Shown one piece after another: positions 1 through 9,552 of a stretch of 64,000 bases of DNA. The translations under genes were made by a program, and so were the position numbers. The notes under the pieces were generated by a model. The model saw only the letters and a program-made list of their open reading frames with translations, ran no database searches and was not told the DNA's origin. Position 1 is the first letter of the stretch. The number at the start of each line of letters is the position of its first letter. This DNA is from a virus: positions 3,144 through 67,143 of the IMG/VR virus record IMGVR_UViG_3300035183_000720. One strand, 5' to 3'.

Positions 1-2
1 AC

Positions 3-533
3 AAAATTCTGTGCATGTATAACAATGCTTTTTGTATCATTGAAACAAATGGTATTGGTAAAATTGTGGCTGAAAATTTATATTTTGATTATGAATATGA
101 TAATATGCTCACCACCAATCGTTCTAAAGATGATGAAAATGTTATTAGTAGTAGCGGTAATATAATAGGTTTACGTCAAACGAAAAGAACAAAAATTGTT
201 GGTTGTAATAATTTAAAAACGATGATCGAAAGCAACACGCTTCTGATACGAGATTTCATGACTGTGCAAGAGCTTAGTACTTTTGTTAAAAGGCATAATA
301 CATATATAGCAGAAGAAGGTAAAACGGATGATATTGTTATGACTTTAGTGATGTTTTGTTGGTTTACAACTCAGCCGTACTTCGAGTATCTTACAGATGT
401 AAACGTCAGAGATTTAATTAAAAGTAATTATTTGAAAGCTGAAGAAAATAATCATTTAATTTTTGGGTTCTACGATGACGGAATAAATGAAATTGATGGA
501 GTTATAGAGGATCCAACTCTTTTGAAAAAATAA
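3..533 (+). CDS. 17: Terminase large subunit, C-terminal nuclease part (5' truncated)
   Basis: IETNGIG and ELSTFV...EEGKTDDIVM motifs of T4 gp17 RNase H-like domain; directly upstream of sheath. Confidence 0.92.
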   Translation, partial: KILCMYNNAFCIIETNGIGKIVAENLYFDYEYDNMLTTNRSKDDENVISSSGNIIGLRQTKRTKIVGCNNLKTMIESNTLLIRDFMTVQELSTFVKRHNTYIAEEGKTDDIVMTLVMFCWFTTQPYFEYLTDVNVRDLIKSNYLKAEENNHLIFGFYDDGINEIDGVIEDPTLLKK

Positions 534-536
534 ATA
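529..536 (+). promoter_or_regulatory. T4-type late promoter (AATAAATA)
   Basis: TAAATA core upstream of gene 18; gp55 encoded in window. Confidence 0.6.
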
Positions 537-586
537 TTCCCGGAGACATCTTCATGGTTGGCAAAAAACGAATTTAGGAGATTTAA

Positions 587-2554
587 ATGATAAATGTAAC
601 ACAACTTAGCCCTGGGGTCGCTATCAAAGAAGTCGACCTCACCAATTTTTTATCTAATACTGGTGTAAGTGGCGGTGCGTTTGTTGGCCAGTTTATTTGG
701 GGTCCAGTGATGAAATATACCATTGTGGACGATGCCAATGAACTCACTAAAACTTTTGGTAAACCAACTGACGCGAATTATATTGATTGGTACACCGCTA
801 GCAATTTTTTAGCTTATACGAGTAACTTAAATATTATTCGGGTTATAGATAGTACAGCTAAAAATGCAACAGGCGATGGTCTTGGGTTACTCATAAAGAA
901 TGAGACTCATTTTCAAAGTATTTTTGGCACGAATCAATCCGCTTTATTCGCCGCTCGTTATCCCGGTGCACTTGGCAATAGCTTAAAAGTCAGCATGGCT
1001 GATTCTGCGACTTTTTCAACTTGGGATTACAAAGAACATTTTGACTTTGCTCCTGGTACAAGTGAGTTTGCTGCCGCTCTTGGTGCTTCTAATGATGAGG
1101 TTCATATTGTTGTAGTTGATGAAGATGGTTTGTTTACAGGCACCCCTGGGTTGATCTTAGAAAAATATGCTTTCTTAAGTAAAGCCTCTGATGCGAAGCA
1201 ACTGGACGGTTCTCCTGCTTTCTATGGAAATGTCCTGAATAATCAGAGTCGTTATGTTTATTACTTAGGCGCCCCATCTGATGCCGATTTAGCTACTAAT
1301 CTCAAAGTAACGAGCGTGAATATTACCAGTGGTGGATCTGGTTACACATCTGCAACAGTCACATTTTCTTCTGCCCCGGTGGGAGGTGTAACTGCGACTG
1401 GTACCGCTGTTATTTCTGGTGGGGTTATTACGGCTATCAATATTACAAATCCCGGTTCGGGTTATTTAACCGCGCCGACGATTACTATTACAGGAGATGG
1501 TTCGGGGGCTACTGCAACCGCAGTTATGGGGGATGTTGACGCGGACGATTGGGCGCAGAATGCTCTAGATGAAAGTGGTCATCCTCGTAAATTTGCTAAT
1601 CTTGCTGGCCAATTCAATAGGAGTTTATCTGGCGGTGCTAATGGATCTACCCCAACGAGTGCAGATTTAATTGCAGGTTGGGATATGTTCCGCAATTCTG
1701 AGGAAGTTGATGTGAGTTTACTTATTATGGGAGCCGCTGGCGGTTCTGCTTCTAGTACTACTGTTATTCGTCATGTAATTGACAATATTGCTGAAGTTCG
1801 TAAAGATTGTATGGTGTTTTTCAGCCCAGATTTACAAGACGTTTTGAATAAGACGCAAACTGAAGCGACTACTAATGTTGTCGCCAAGCGTAATGGTATC
1901 GCCCGTGATTCGAGTTACGCTGTGATGGATAGCGGTTGGAAACTCCAGTATGACGTATTTTTCGATAAGTACCGCTGGATTCCTTTGAACGCTGACGTAG
2001 CAGGGTTATGTGCCAGTACTGATCAGAATTATGATCCTTGGTGGAGCCCTGCAGGATTCAATCGCGGGAAAATTAAGAATGTCGTCAGTCTTGCATTCAA
2101 TCCTAATAAGACTTCGCGCGATGAATTATATAAGAACAATATCAACCCTGTAGTTACTTTTACAGGTGAAGGTACTGTACTTTATGGCGACAAGACGCTA
2201 CAACCAAAAGCTAGTGCGTTTAGTTATATCAATGTGCGTCGCTTGTTTATTGTGCTCGAGAAGATGATTTCTAGAGCTGCTAAATACCAGCTATTTGAAT
2301 TTAATGATCAGTTCACGCGTGCTCAGTTCAAGAATATGGTTGAGCCGTTCTTGCGCGAAGTTAAAGGTCGACGCGGTATCTACGATTTTGCTGTAATTTG
2401 CGATGAAACAAATAATACTCCTACAGTTATTGATAGAGGTGAATTTGTAGCTAGCATATTCGTTAAACCGGCTCGCAGCATCAATTACATCACTCTTAAC
2501 TTCGTCGCTGTCCGGACGGGCGTTGAGTTTACTGAAGTAGTGGGATCAGTTTAA
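587..2554 (+). CDS. 18: Tail sheath protein
   Basis: LSPGV..KEVD start, WWSPAGFNRG, YGDKT, INVRRLF, KPARSINYITLNF; AGGAG RBS. Confidence 0.97.
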   Translation: MINVTQLSPGVAIKEVDLTNFLSNTGVSGGAFVGQFIWGPVMKYTIVDDANELTKTFGKPTDANYIDWYTASNFLAYTSNLNIIRVIDSTAKNATGDGLGLLIKNETHFQSIFGTNQSALFAARYPGALGNSLKVSMADSATFSTWDYKEHFDFAPGTSEFAAALGASNDEVHIVVVDEDGLFTGTPGLILEKYAFLSKASDAKQLDGSPAFYGNVLNNQSRYVYYLGAPSDADLATNLKVTSVNITSGGSGYTSATVTFSSAPVGGVTATGTAVISGGVITAINITNPGSGYLTAPTITITGDGSGATATAVMGDVDADDWAQNALDESGHPRKFANLAGQFNRSLSGGANGSTPTSADLIAGWDMFRNSEEVDVSLLIMGAAGGSASSTTVIRHVIDNIAEVRKDCMVFFSPDLQDVLNKTQTEATTNVVAKRNGIARDSSYAVMDSGWKLQYDVFFDKYRWIPLNADVAGLCASTDQNYDPWWSPAGFNRGKIKNVVSLAFNPNKTSRDELYKNNINPVVTFTGEGTVLYGDKTLQPKASAFSYINVRRLFIVLEKMISRAAKYQLFEFNDQFTRAQFKNMVEPFLREVKGRRGIYDFAVICDETNNTPTVIDRGEFVASIFVKPARSINYITLNFVAVRTGVEFTEVVGSV

Positions 2555-2570
2555 ATTAGGAGACTAGAAG

Positions 2571-3113
2571 ATGCCAAACCCCAGTATTAATAGTTTTATT
2601 GCTAATTTTCAAGGAGGTGGGGCTCGTCCTAACCTCTATGAGGTGATTTTGACCTTTCCTGCATTAGTTTCGAATCCGTTTGCTACATTGAAGGCTAGTT
2701 TTACTTGCAAAGCCGCGACCATTCCTGCTAGCAATCTTGGGTCCATCGATGTTCCTTACATGGGACGTGTCGCAAAAGTTGCAGGTGACAAAACTTTTGA
2801 TGATTGGACTGTAACGATTATCAATGATACTGATTTTAGTGTTCGTGATACTTTTGAGCGTTGGTTAGATCGTATTAGTGGTCATGAAAGTAACGTTTCT
2901 GCAGCTAGTTGGGAAAATCCTTCTAATTATTATGCAAATGCAATTGTGCGTCAATTCGGGCGCGAGCATCAAGTACTGAAAGAATATTTTATTGAAGGCA
3001 TGTTCCCGACACAAGTCGGCGAAATTCAATTAGGCTATGATCAAAATGATCAAGTCGAGGAGTTCCAAGTTACTTTTGCGATCAATTACTGGAGATCTAA
3101 TACGACAACCTAA
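2571..3113 (+). CDS. 19: Tail tube protein
   Basis: GGARPNLYEV, KVAGDKTFDDWTVTIIND; synteny. Confidence 0.95.
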   Translation: MPNPSINSFIANFQGGGARPNLYEVILTFPALVSNPFATLKASFTCKAATIPASNLGSIDVPYMGRVAKVAGDKTFDDWTVTIINDTDFSVRDTFERWLDRISGHESNVSAASWENPSNYYANAIVRQFGREHQVLKEYFIEGMFPTQVGEIQLGYDQNDQVEEFQVTFAINYWRSNTTT

Positions 3114-3119
3114 GAATGA

Positions 3120-3154
3120 AATAGGGGAGGTGAAATTCCTCCCCTATTATTTTT
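3120..3154 (+). terminator. Rho-independent terminator
   Basis: ATAGGGGAGG-loop-CCTCCCCTAT followed by T-rich run. Confidence 0.8.
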
Positions 3155-3174
3155 AATTTGGTTGAGGAATATCC

Positions 3175-4677
3175 ATGAATATTTTCGGCTTTAGTATTAC
3201 GAAGAACAAGAAGAAAGCTAAATTAGATACATTTCAGGTAGAACCTGACGCTTCGGCTGAAGTTTTAAGCGCAGGCTCTGCTGGGGTTGTATTATACAAC
3301 TATGATCTCGTTACAGTTCCTGAAAATGAAGCAGAATTAATCAGAACTTATCGTAGAATTTCTCTGAGTCCAGATATTGATTTAGCTCTCACAGAAATAA
3401 AAAATGAGATTTTTATTTTTGATGTGACTGGTCGACGTGCTATTGATATTGGATTTGTCAGTGATTCGAAATTAAGCGAGGCGCTACAAAAGAAAATAAT
3501 TGAAGAATTTGTTAATGTTTATGATATACTTGATTTTAGTAACAATGGTTTGGCGTTGTTTATGGATTGGTATATTGATGGGAGATTATTTTTACATAAA
3601 GTTATTGATTCTGCCAATCCTAAAGAAGGCATCAAGAAAATTATTTCTATCGATCCATTAAAGATCAAAAAAGTTCGGGAAATTCCTAAACCTGATGAAA
3701 AAGGAATTTACAATATAGCTGACATCACCGAATATTATGTTTATGTTGATTCACCTAGCGGCATAAACAAAGCAACCCAAGCAGAAATAAACCGCGGACT
3801 TAAAATTCAACCGGATGCTATTACATATTCTGATAGCGGAATCTACGATAAAAATTCAAATTGCGTGCTGGGATATTTGCATAAGGCAATTGTTCCTTTC
3901 AATAATCTTCGCTTGATGGAAGATAGTCTTATCATTTATCGGGTGAGTCGCGCTCCTGAACGTAGAGTAATTTATGTGGATGTCGGTAATCTTCCCAAGA
4001 ATAAAGCTGAACAATACATTCATGATTTAATGAATCGGTTCAAGAACAAACTCGTTTATGATAGCAAGACAGGTAGCGTTGCTGATAGAAAAAACGTGCT
4101 GAGTATGATCGAGGACTATTGGTTACCGCGTCGTGAAGGAGGGCGAGGGACAGAAATTTCAACGCTTCCTGGTGGTGATAATCTCGGCATTGTTGATGAT
4201 GTGAATTATTTTAAGAAGAAGCTGTATCAAAGTTTGAATGTTCCTATAAGTCGATTTTTAGACGATGCACCTACTTTCGTTTTCGGTAAAGGTGTAGAAA
4301 TAAATCGCGATGAGTATCGTTTCAAGAAATTCATAGATCGTTTGCGCCAGCGTTTCATGGTGATCTTTGAAGATTTATTGAAAACGCAGCTGCTTCTCAA
4401 AAAAATTATCACTGAACAAGATTGGGAAGATATACGCCGCGAAATTCAGTGGATATACGCTGAAGATAACAATTTCGTTGAATATAAAGAGAGCGAAATT
4501 TTAAATAATAGAATAAACACTCTAACACAAATCGATCCATTCGTAGGCAAATACTTTACTCGGGAATGGGTTATGAAAAATGTATTACGTATGAGTGATA
4601 CTGAAATTCAAGATTTAGTTCAAAAAATTAGTACAGATTCAGAAAACAATTCTGAGTCGGAAAATGAATCTGCATAA
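3175..4677 (+). CDS. 20: Portal protein
   Basis: WYIDGR, IYRVSRAPERRVIYVDVGNLPKNKAEQY, EDYWLPRREGGRGTEISTLPGG. Confidence 0.98.
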   Translation: MNIFGFSITKNKKKAKLDTFQVEPDASAEVLSAGSAGVVLYNYDLVTVPENEAELIRTYRRISLSPDIDLALTEIKNEIFIFDVTGRRAIDIGFVSDSKLSEALQKKIIEEFVNVYDILDFSNNGLALFMDWYIDGRLFLHKVIDSANPKEGIKKIISIDPLKIKKVREIPKPDEKGIYNIADITEYYVYVDSPSGINKATQAEINRGLKIQPDAITYSDSGIYDKNSNCVLGYLHKAIVPFNNLRLMEDSLIIYRVSRAPERRVIYVDVGNLPKNKAEQYIHDLMNRFKNKLVYDSKTGSVADRKNVLSMIEDYWLPRREGGRGTEISTLPGGDNLGIVDDVNYFKKKLYQSLNVPISRFLDDAPTFVFGKGVEINRDEYRFKKFIDRLRQRFMVIFEDLLKTQLLLKKIITEQDWEDIRREIQWIYAEDNNFVEYKESEILNNRINTLTQIDPFVGKYFTREWVMKNVLRMSDTEIQDLVQKISTDSENNSESENESA

Positions 4678-4701
4678 CAAGTAAAATTTTAAGGAGAAGC
4701 C

Positions 4702-5496
4702 GTGGATAAACAAGAGTTTGTAAACAAAATTGCAGATAGCATAAAACAGAATAATTCTTTAGAGTTCCATAAAGTATTCGCTGAGCGTCTGAATGAATTA
4801 TTGAGCCAGAAGACGACGCAACTAAAAGAAGATGAAGATATTGATCCAGAAATGGATGCAGTAACGAAAATTCAGGTGGCGGCTAAGAATTATGGCGCAG
4901 GTGAAGTATCGTATGATCAAGGGGTGCTTATTGCTGTTTTGCGTAACAAGCAAGCTGCCATTGAATTCAGTGATTGGCTCGAAGATTGCGATTGTGTTGA
5001 TAGCTACGGAATGGAAGTAATTCATAACAAACCTCTGAAAGGATATTTTGATAAGGATGATGTTGATATTGATTCTATAACTGATGATCGCAATTTCCAA
5101 TTCCTGTTTACAATTTACCTCGATCCTGAACTTGTGCAGTATGCTCCTTATAGTGGTGAGGAAGATGAAGAAGAGTATGACGAAGACGAATATGATGAGG
5201 ATGATCAGGAGGAAATGGGTGAAAGTGTTGAAAATATCGATGAAGTGGAACGTAAAATTAAAGTAACCTCAAGAGGCCAGAAGTGGATTAAAATGCAATG
5301 TCCTCGAGGATTCAAGTGGAATCCTGAAACAAAGGCATGTGAGAAAATTTCTGGCGCTGAATTAGCAAATATGCGCAAGGCAATTCGCAAAGCGTTGATA
5401 ACGAAAAAATCTCTTGGCAATGTATATCGCATGCGAATCATTCGCAAAATGAAAAAAGCCTTGCGTTATCGGAAACAGATGGGTTTATCGGTGTAG
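4702..5496 (+). CDS. Probable prohead core protein (gp67/gp68 position)
   Basis: Between portal and protease; acidic tract then basic C-terminus; AAGGAG RBS before GTG. Confidence 0.6.
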   Translation: MDKQEFVNKIADSIKQNNSLEFHKVFAERLNELLSQKTTQLKEDEDIDPEMDAVTKIQVAAKNYGAGEVSYDQGVLIAVLRNKQAAIEFSDWLEDCDCVDSYGMEVIHNKPLKGYFDKDDVDIDSITDDRNFQFLFTIYLDPELVQYAPYSGEEDEEEYDEDEYDEDDQEEMGESVENIDEVERKIKVTSRGQKWIKMQCPRGFKWNPETKACEKISGAELANMRKAIRKALITKKSLGNVYRMRIIRKMKKALRYRKQMGLSV

Positions 5497-5500
5497 AGCC

Positions 5501-6154
5501 ATGAAACTCTTAGTCGAATTAAACGACAGTTTAGATGTACAAGTATTGACTGAAGGTACAGGGAAGGAAAAACAATATTTTATTGAAGGTGTGTTTCTGC
5601 AAGGTGAAGTTAAAAATAAAAACGGACGTTTATATCCTATAGAGGTATTACGGAGGGAAACTGATCGTTATATTAAGGACTATGTTGAGGCTAATCGAGC
5701 TCTCGGTGAATTAGGACATCCTACTAATCCTTCTATTAATCTAGACAGGGTTTCCCATAAAATCATTGGTTTGCGGGAGGATGGTAATAATATTGTCGGG
5801 AAAGCCAAGATTATGGACACTCCATATGGGAAAATTGTTAAAAGTTTAATGGACGAAGGAGTTAAGTTTGGGGTTAGTAGTCGGGGGTTAGGTAGTCTTC
5901 GCGAGAAGGATGGTGTTAAAGTAGTTTGTGAAGATTTTCATTTGATTACTGCAGCTGATATTGTAGCTGATCCTTCTGCACCTGATGCGTTCGTCACTAA
6001 CATTATGGAAAATAAAGAATGGGTTTGGGAAAATGGGAAATTGATTGAACGTGAAGTGGAAATTAAAAACATTATAAATAAAACAGCGAAAAAAGGTAAA
6101 TTAAATGAAGAAAATTTGATTAAAATTTTCGAATATATTTTATCACAAGTCTAA
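5501..6154 (+). CDS. 21: Prohead protease
   Basis: ALGELGHP, GVSSRGLGSL, DIVADPSAPDAFV. Confidence 0.97.
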   Translation: MKLLVELNDSLDVQVLTEGTGKEKQYFIEGVFLQGEVKNKNGRLYPIEVLRRETDRYIKDYVEANRALGELGHPTNPSINLDRVSHKIIGLREDGNNIVGKAKIMDTPYGKIVKSLMDEGVKFGVSSRGLGSLREKDGVKVVCEDFHLITAADIVADPSAPDAFVTNIMENKEWVWENGKLIEREVEIKNIINKTAKKGKLNEENLIKIFEYILSQV

Positions 6155-6163
6155 GGAGAACTC

Positions 6164-6874
6164 ATGGATATTACAAAAGAATTGAAAAATCTTCTCGAAG
6201 GTTTAGAGCTCTCTGAGGATACTTTAGTCAAGTTGAAACTCATGATCGAAAAAGCAATTCAGGAACGCACAGCTTCTTTGCAAGAGAAAGTTGAAGACGC
6301 TAAGAAAGAAGCTGAACTCCAGATTGAATCGATCAAGGTGAAAGCTGACGAGTATGCTCAGTACGTAGTTCAAGAAATAAGCGAAAAAGTTGATTCTTAC
6401 GCTGAGTATGTAGTAGAGAAATTCATCAATGATAACAAAGCTGCTTTAGTTGAACATCAAGAATATGAGCGCATGAAGCATATTTTTGAAAACATCAAGC
6501 GTGCTTTTGAGGATGGATTGTTCAAGTTAGATGAATCTTCTGCGCTTCAGAAGATGCAGGAGAAACTTGATGAAGCTGCTGAAGCTTATAATAAATTGTT
6601 TGAAGAAATGGTGACTCTCAAGAAGCAGCTTGAGGAACAGCAATTTGCGATCGTTTTTGAAAATCTTACAAGAGATTTAGCTGACACACAGCGCGAAAAG
6701 ATTTCGAAATTGATCGAAAATATAAGTTTCGCTTCCATTGATGAATTTAAACGTGGAGTAGAATTGATGATTGAGGAAATCGTTTCTTCTAAGAAGGAAC
6801 AGGTAAATGAGGTTAATGAAAAGCCTCAGCCTCAAATTGGTAATAAGATGAAAGAATATTTAAGTCATCTTTAA
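6164..6874 (+). CDS. 22: Prohead core scaffold protein
   Basis: Helical, acidic, VDSYAEYVVE; between 21 and 23. Confidence 0.88.
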   Translation: MDITKELKNLLEGLELSEDTLVKLKLMIEKAIQERTASLQEKVEDAKKEAELQIESIKVKADEYAQYVVQEISEKVDSYAEYVVEKFINDNKAALVEHQEYERMKHIFENIKRAFEDGLFKLDESSALQKMQEKLDEAAEAYNKLFEEMVTLKKQLEEQQFAIVFENLTRDLADTQREKISKLIENISFASIDEFKRGVELMIEEIVSSKKEQVNEVNEKPQPQIGNKMKEYLSHL

Positions 6875-6883
6875 TCAACTAAT

Positions 6884-6891
6884 TATAAATA
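6884..6891 (+). promoter_or_regulatory. Late promoter TATAAATA
   Basis: Exact T4 late consensus upstream of major capsid gene. Confidence 0.85.
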
Positions 6892-6930
6892 AAAAGTGTT
6901 AAATTTTTCTGATTTAAAGGAGAAAAATAA

Positions 6931-8109
6931 ATGAGTCAAACATTACTCGAAAAATGGGAACCTGTTCTCGAGTCTGATAAGGTCGAGAAGATTACTGATC
7001 CCTATCGTAAAAAAGTTACTGCTCAGCTGTTAGAGAATCAAGAAAAATTCCTGGCTGAGACTGCACAAACTGTAGCGGGCAATATACAAAATTGGGATCC
7101 TGTATTGATCAGCTTAGTTCGCCGTATGGCGCCTAAGTTAATCGCTTATGATGTTTGCGGGGTACAACCCATGACGGGCCCTACTGGATTAGTTTTTGCG
7201 CTCCGTGCTCGTTACACCAATGCCACTGGCGCTGAAGCTTTATTCAATGAAGCTGATACTGATTTTTCTGGTACTGGTACTCATGCGGGTAGCGATCCTT
7301 TTGCTGTCGGTTATACTACCGGTACTGGTAAAGCTACCAACGATGGTGAGGCAGATCCTTGGCCTTCCATGTCGATGACCATTGAGAAGACAAGTGTTAC
7401 TGCCCGCACTCGTCAACTTCGTGCTGACTACAGCTTAGAGTTAGCTCAAGATTTGCGCGCTATGCACGGTTTGGATGCTGAAAATGAGTTAGCAAATATT
7501 CTGTCGTCCGAAATTATTAGTGAAATCAATCGCGAGGTAGTTCGTACTATTTACGCGATTGCCAAGCCAGGCGCTCAATTTGCATCGACTGCTGGCACGT
7601 TTGACCTTCAAAGCGATTCTGACGGCCGTTGGTCGGTAGAGCGTTTCAAAGGTCTTCTGTTCGCTATTGAGCGGGATGCCAATGCAGTTTCTATAGAAAC
7701 TCGTCGCGGTAAAGGTAATATCATCATCACTTCCGCGGATGTTGCTTCTGCGTTAGTGATGGCAGGCGTTCTTGATTATGCTCCTGCTCTTCAGAGCAGC
7801 ACCGCTATGGATGTCGATGCGACGGGAACGACTTATGCAGGCCAGATGGGTCGTTTCAAAGTTTTTGTAGATCCGTTTTTGGGCGCTGACGGTTATGTTG
7901 TTGGCTACAAGGGCACGAATGCTTATGATGCAGGCATGTTCTATTGTCCTTATGTTCCTTTACAGATGGTTCGTGCTACGGATACTGCTACGTTCCAACC
8001 GGCGATTGGTTTCAAGACGCGTTATGGGATGATTGCTAACCCGTTCACGACTTTGAACGCCAATCAGAACATTTACTACCGTAAGGTTAAGGTCCTGCAC
8101 TTGCTGTAG
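6931..8109 (+). CDS. 23: Major capsid protein
   Basis: LLEKWEPVL, GVQPMTGPTGLVFALR, ELAQDL, FYCPYVPL, FQPAIGFKTRYG. Confidence 0.98.
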   Translation: MSQTLLEKWEPVLESDKVEKITDPYRKKVTAQLLENQEKFLAETAQTVAGNIQNWDPVLISLVRRMAPKLIAYDVCGVQPMTGPTGLVFALRARYTNATGAEALFNEADTDFSGTGTHAGSDPFAVGYTTGTGKATNDGEADPWPSMSMTIEKTSVTARTRQLRADYSLELAQDLRAMHGLDAENELANILSSEIISEINREVVRTIYAIAKPGAQFASTAGTFDLQSDSDGRWSVERFKGLLFAIERDANAVSIETRRGKGNIIITSADVASALVMAGVLDYAPALQSSTAMDVDATGTTYAGQMGRFKVFVDPFLGADGYVVGYKGTNAYDAGMFYCPYVPLQMVRATDTATFQPAIGFKTRYGMIANPFTTLNANQNIYYRKVKVLHLL

Positions 8110-8138
8110 AACTAGAATAATAACGTTTCTGTATTTCG

Positions 8139-8164
8139 AAGCCTAGGGAAACCTAGGCTTTTTT
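8139..8164 (+). terminator. Rho-independent terminator
   Basis: AAGCCTAGG-GAAA-CCTAGGCTT then TTTT. Confidence 0.9.
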
Positions 8165-8168
8165 GTTG

Positions 8169-8176
8169 AATAAATA
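8169..8176 (+). promoter_or_regulatory. Late promoter (AATAAATA)
   Basis: TAAATA core just after the terminator, upstream of lysozyme. Confidence 0.6.
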
Positions 8177-8202
8177 TTATCATCTAATTTCAGGATACTA
8201 TC

Positions 8203-8673
8203 ATGAAAGTATCGCAGCAAGGATTAGAACTCATAAAAGCATTTGAAGGTTTCAGGTCGAGATCATATCAAGATGTAGTCGGTGTTTGGACGATTGGTTA
8301 CGGCACAACTCGTGTGGATGGGCAGCCTGTTTGTCAAGGCATGGTTTGTACGCGAGAGCAAGCAGAAGAATGGCTCCGCGAGGATGTTGAGAAGCATCTA
8401 CAAGAAGTTTCATTTTTGATCAATCCTAAGATAAAACTCACCCAAAATCAGGTTGACGCCATTGCGAGTCTTGTTTATAATATTGGTGTGGGTAATTTTA
8501 GTAGAAGTACACTTTTGAGGCTTATCAATGTGGGTGATATGGAAGGAGCTGCGAAGCAATTTCTTCGTTGGAATAAAGCTGGCGGTAGAGTAGTAGAAGG
8601 GTTGGTTCGCCGACGTCAAGCAGAAGCTGAATTATTCATGACCCCAGACGAGCAAAATATATGGGAAATTTAA
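8203..8673 (+). CDS. Endolysin, GH24 lysozyme
   Basis: E-x8-D-x5-T triad (EGFRSRSYQDVVGVWTIGYG); GLVRRRQAE. Confidence 0.93.
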   Translation: MKVSQQGLELIKAFEGFRSRSYQDVVGVWTIGYGTTRVDGQPVCQGMVCTREQAEEWLREDVEKHLQEVSFLINPKIKLTQNQVDAIASLVYNIGVGNFSRSTLLRLINVGDMEGAAKQFLRWNKAGGRVVEGLVRRRQAEAELFMTPDEQNIWEI

Positions 8674-9119
8674 ACTACAATCTCGCAACAAATACCAATT
8701 TCAAAATTGAGATCGCAGGGGCACCTGAATTCAATTACTTCGTTCAAAGTGTCAGTTTGCCTGGCATCTCGATGGGTGGCGTTGAAATCGATTACATAAA
8801 TAATCAAGTATTCATGCCTAGTGATAGAATTGATTACGACCCACTTGTTTTTACATATGTTTTATCAGAAGATTGGGGAAATTATAGGTTTCTTCATCAA
8901 TGGATGCGCGACATTCGATCGGTAGATTATCCTCCTAGACATTTTCGTGATGTCACATTACATATACTCAACAATAATAAACTTGAGAATTTTAAAATTC
9001 TATTCTATGATTGCTTCCCGTCATCTCTCTCAGAAATTGATTTAGAGTCTGCTGTTACTGACACATCACCATTAGTATCAACTGCAACTATTCGTTATCA
9101 ATATTTTGATATAAGGTGA
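8661..9119 (+). CDS. 3: Tail completion / tube terminator protein
   Basis: YFVQSVSLPGIS, YDPL, FYDCFPSSLS; synteny with uvsY/uvsW. Confidence 0.85.
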   Translation: MGNLNYNLATNTNFKIEIAGAPEFNYFVQSVSLPGISMGGVEIDYINNQVFMPSDRIDYDPLVFTYVLSEDWGNYRFLHQWMRDIRSVDYPPRHFRDVTLHILNNNKLENFKILFYDCFPSSLSEIDLESAVTDTSPLVSTATIRYQYFDIR

Positions 9120-9123
9120 AAAG

Positions 9124-9552
9124 ATGAAAATTGAAGATATTCGTGATTTGATGGAAAAAGATAGCAAGATTGATGACACGGCTCTTGATGCTGAAAGTCT
9201 CAAAATTCCTTACTTACATAGCAAATGGTACAGTATTTTCATAGATGAATTGCGTTTATTGAGAGGTCTCGAACAAGAGTACAATCGCCTACATAAAGAA
9301 AAAACTGAGTATTATCTCGGTAAAGCTGATGATGAAGTTTATGAAAAGAAACCTCTTGATCACAAAATTCTCAAGCAAGATCTCGATATCTACTTAAAAG
9401 CGGACGATGATCTGATGAAACTTGAAAGTAGGAAAATTTTGCAACAAATGAAAGTTGAAATGATTGAGAGCTTCATAAAGAACATCAATCAACGCACTTT
9501 CATTATTCGAAATGCCATCGAGTTCATGAAATTTAAAAACGGTATTGCGTGA
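9124..9552 (+). CDS. uvsY: Recombination mediator UvsY
   Basis: ESLKIPYLHSKW, IRNAIEFMKF. Confidence 0.9.
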   Translation: MKIEDIRDLMEKDSKIDDTALDAESLKIPYLHSKWYSIFIDELRLLRGLEQEYNRLHKEKTEYYLGKADDEVYEKKPLDHKILKQDLDIYLKADDDLMKLESRKILQQMKVEMIESFIKNINQRTFIIRNAIEFMKFKNGIA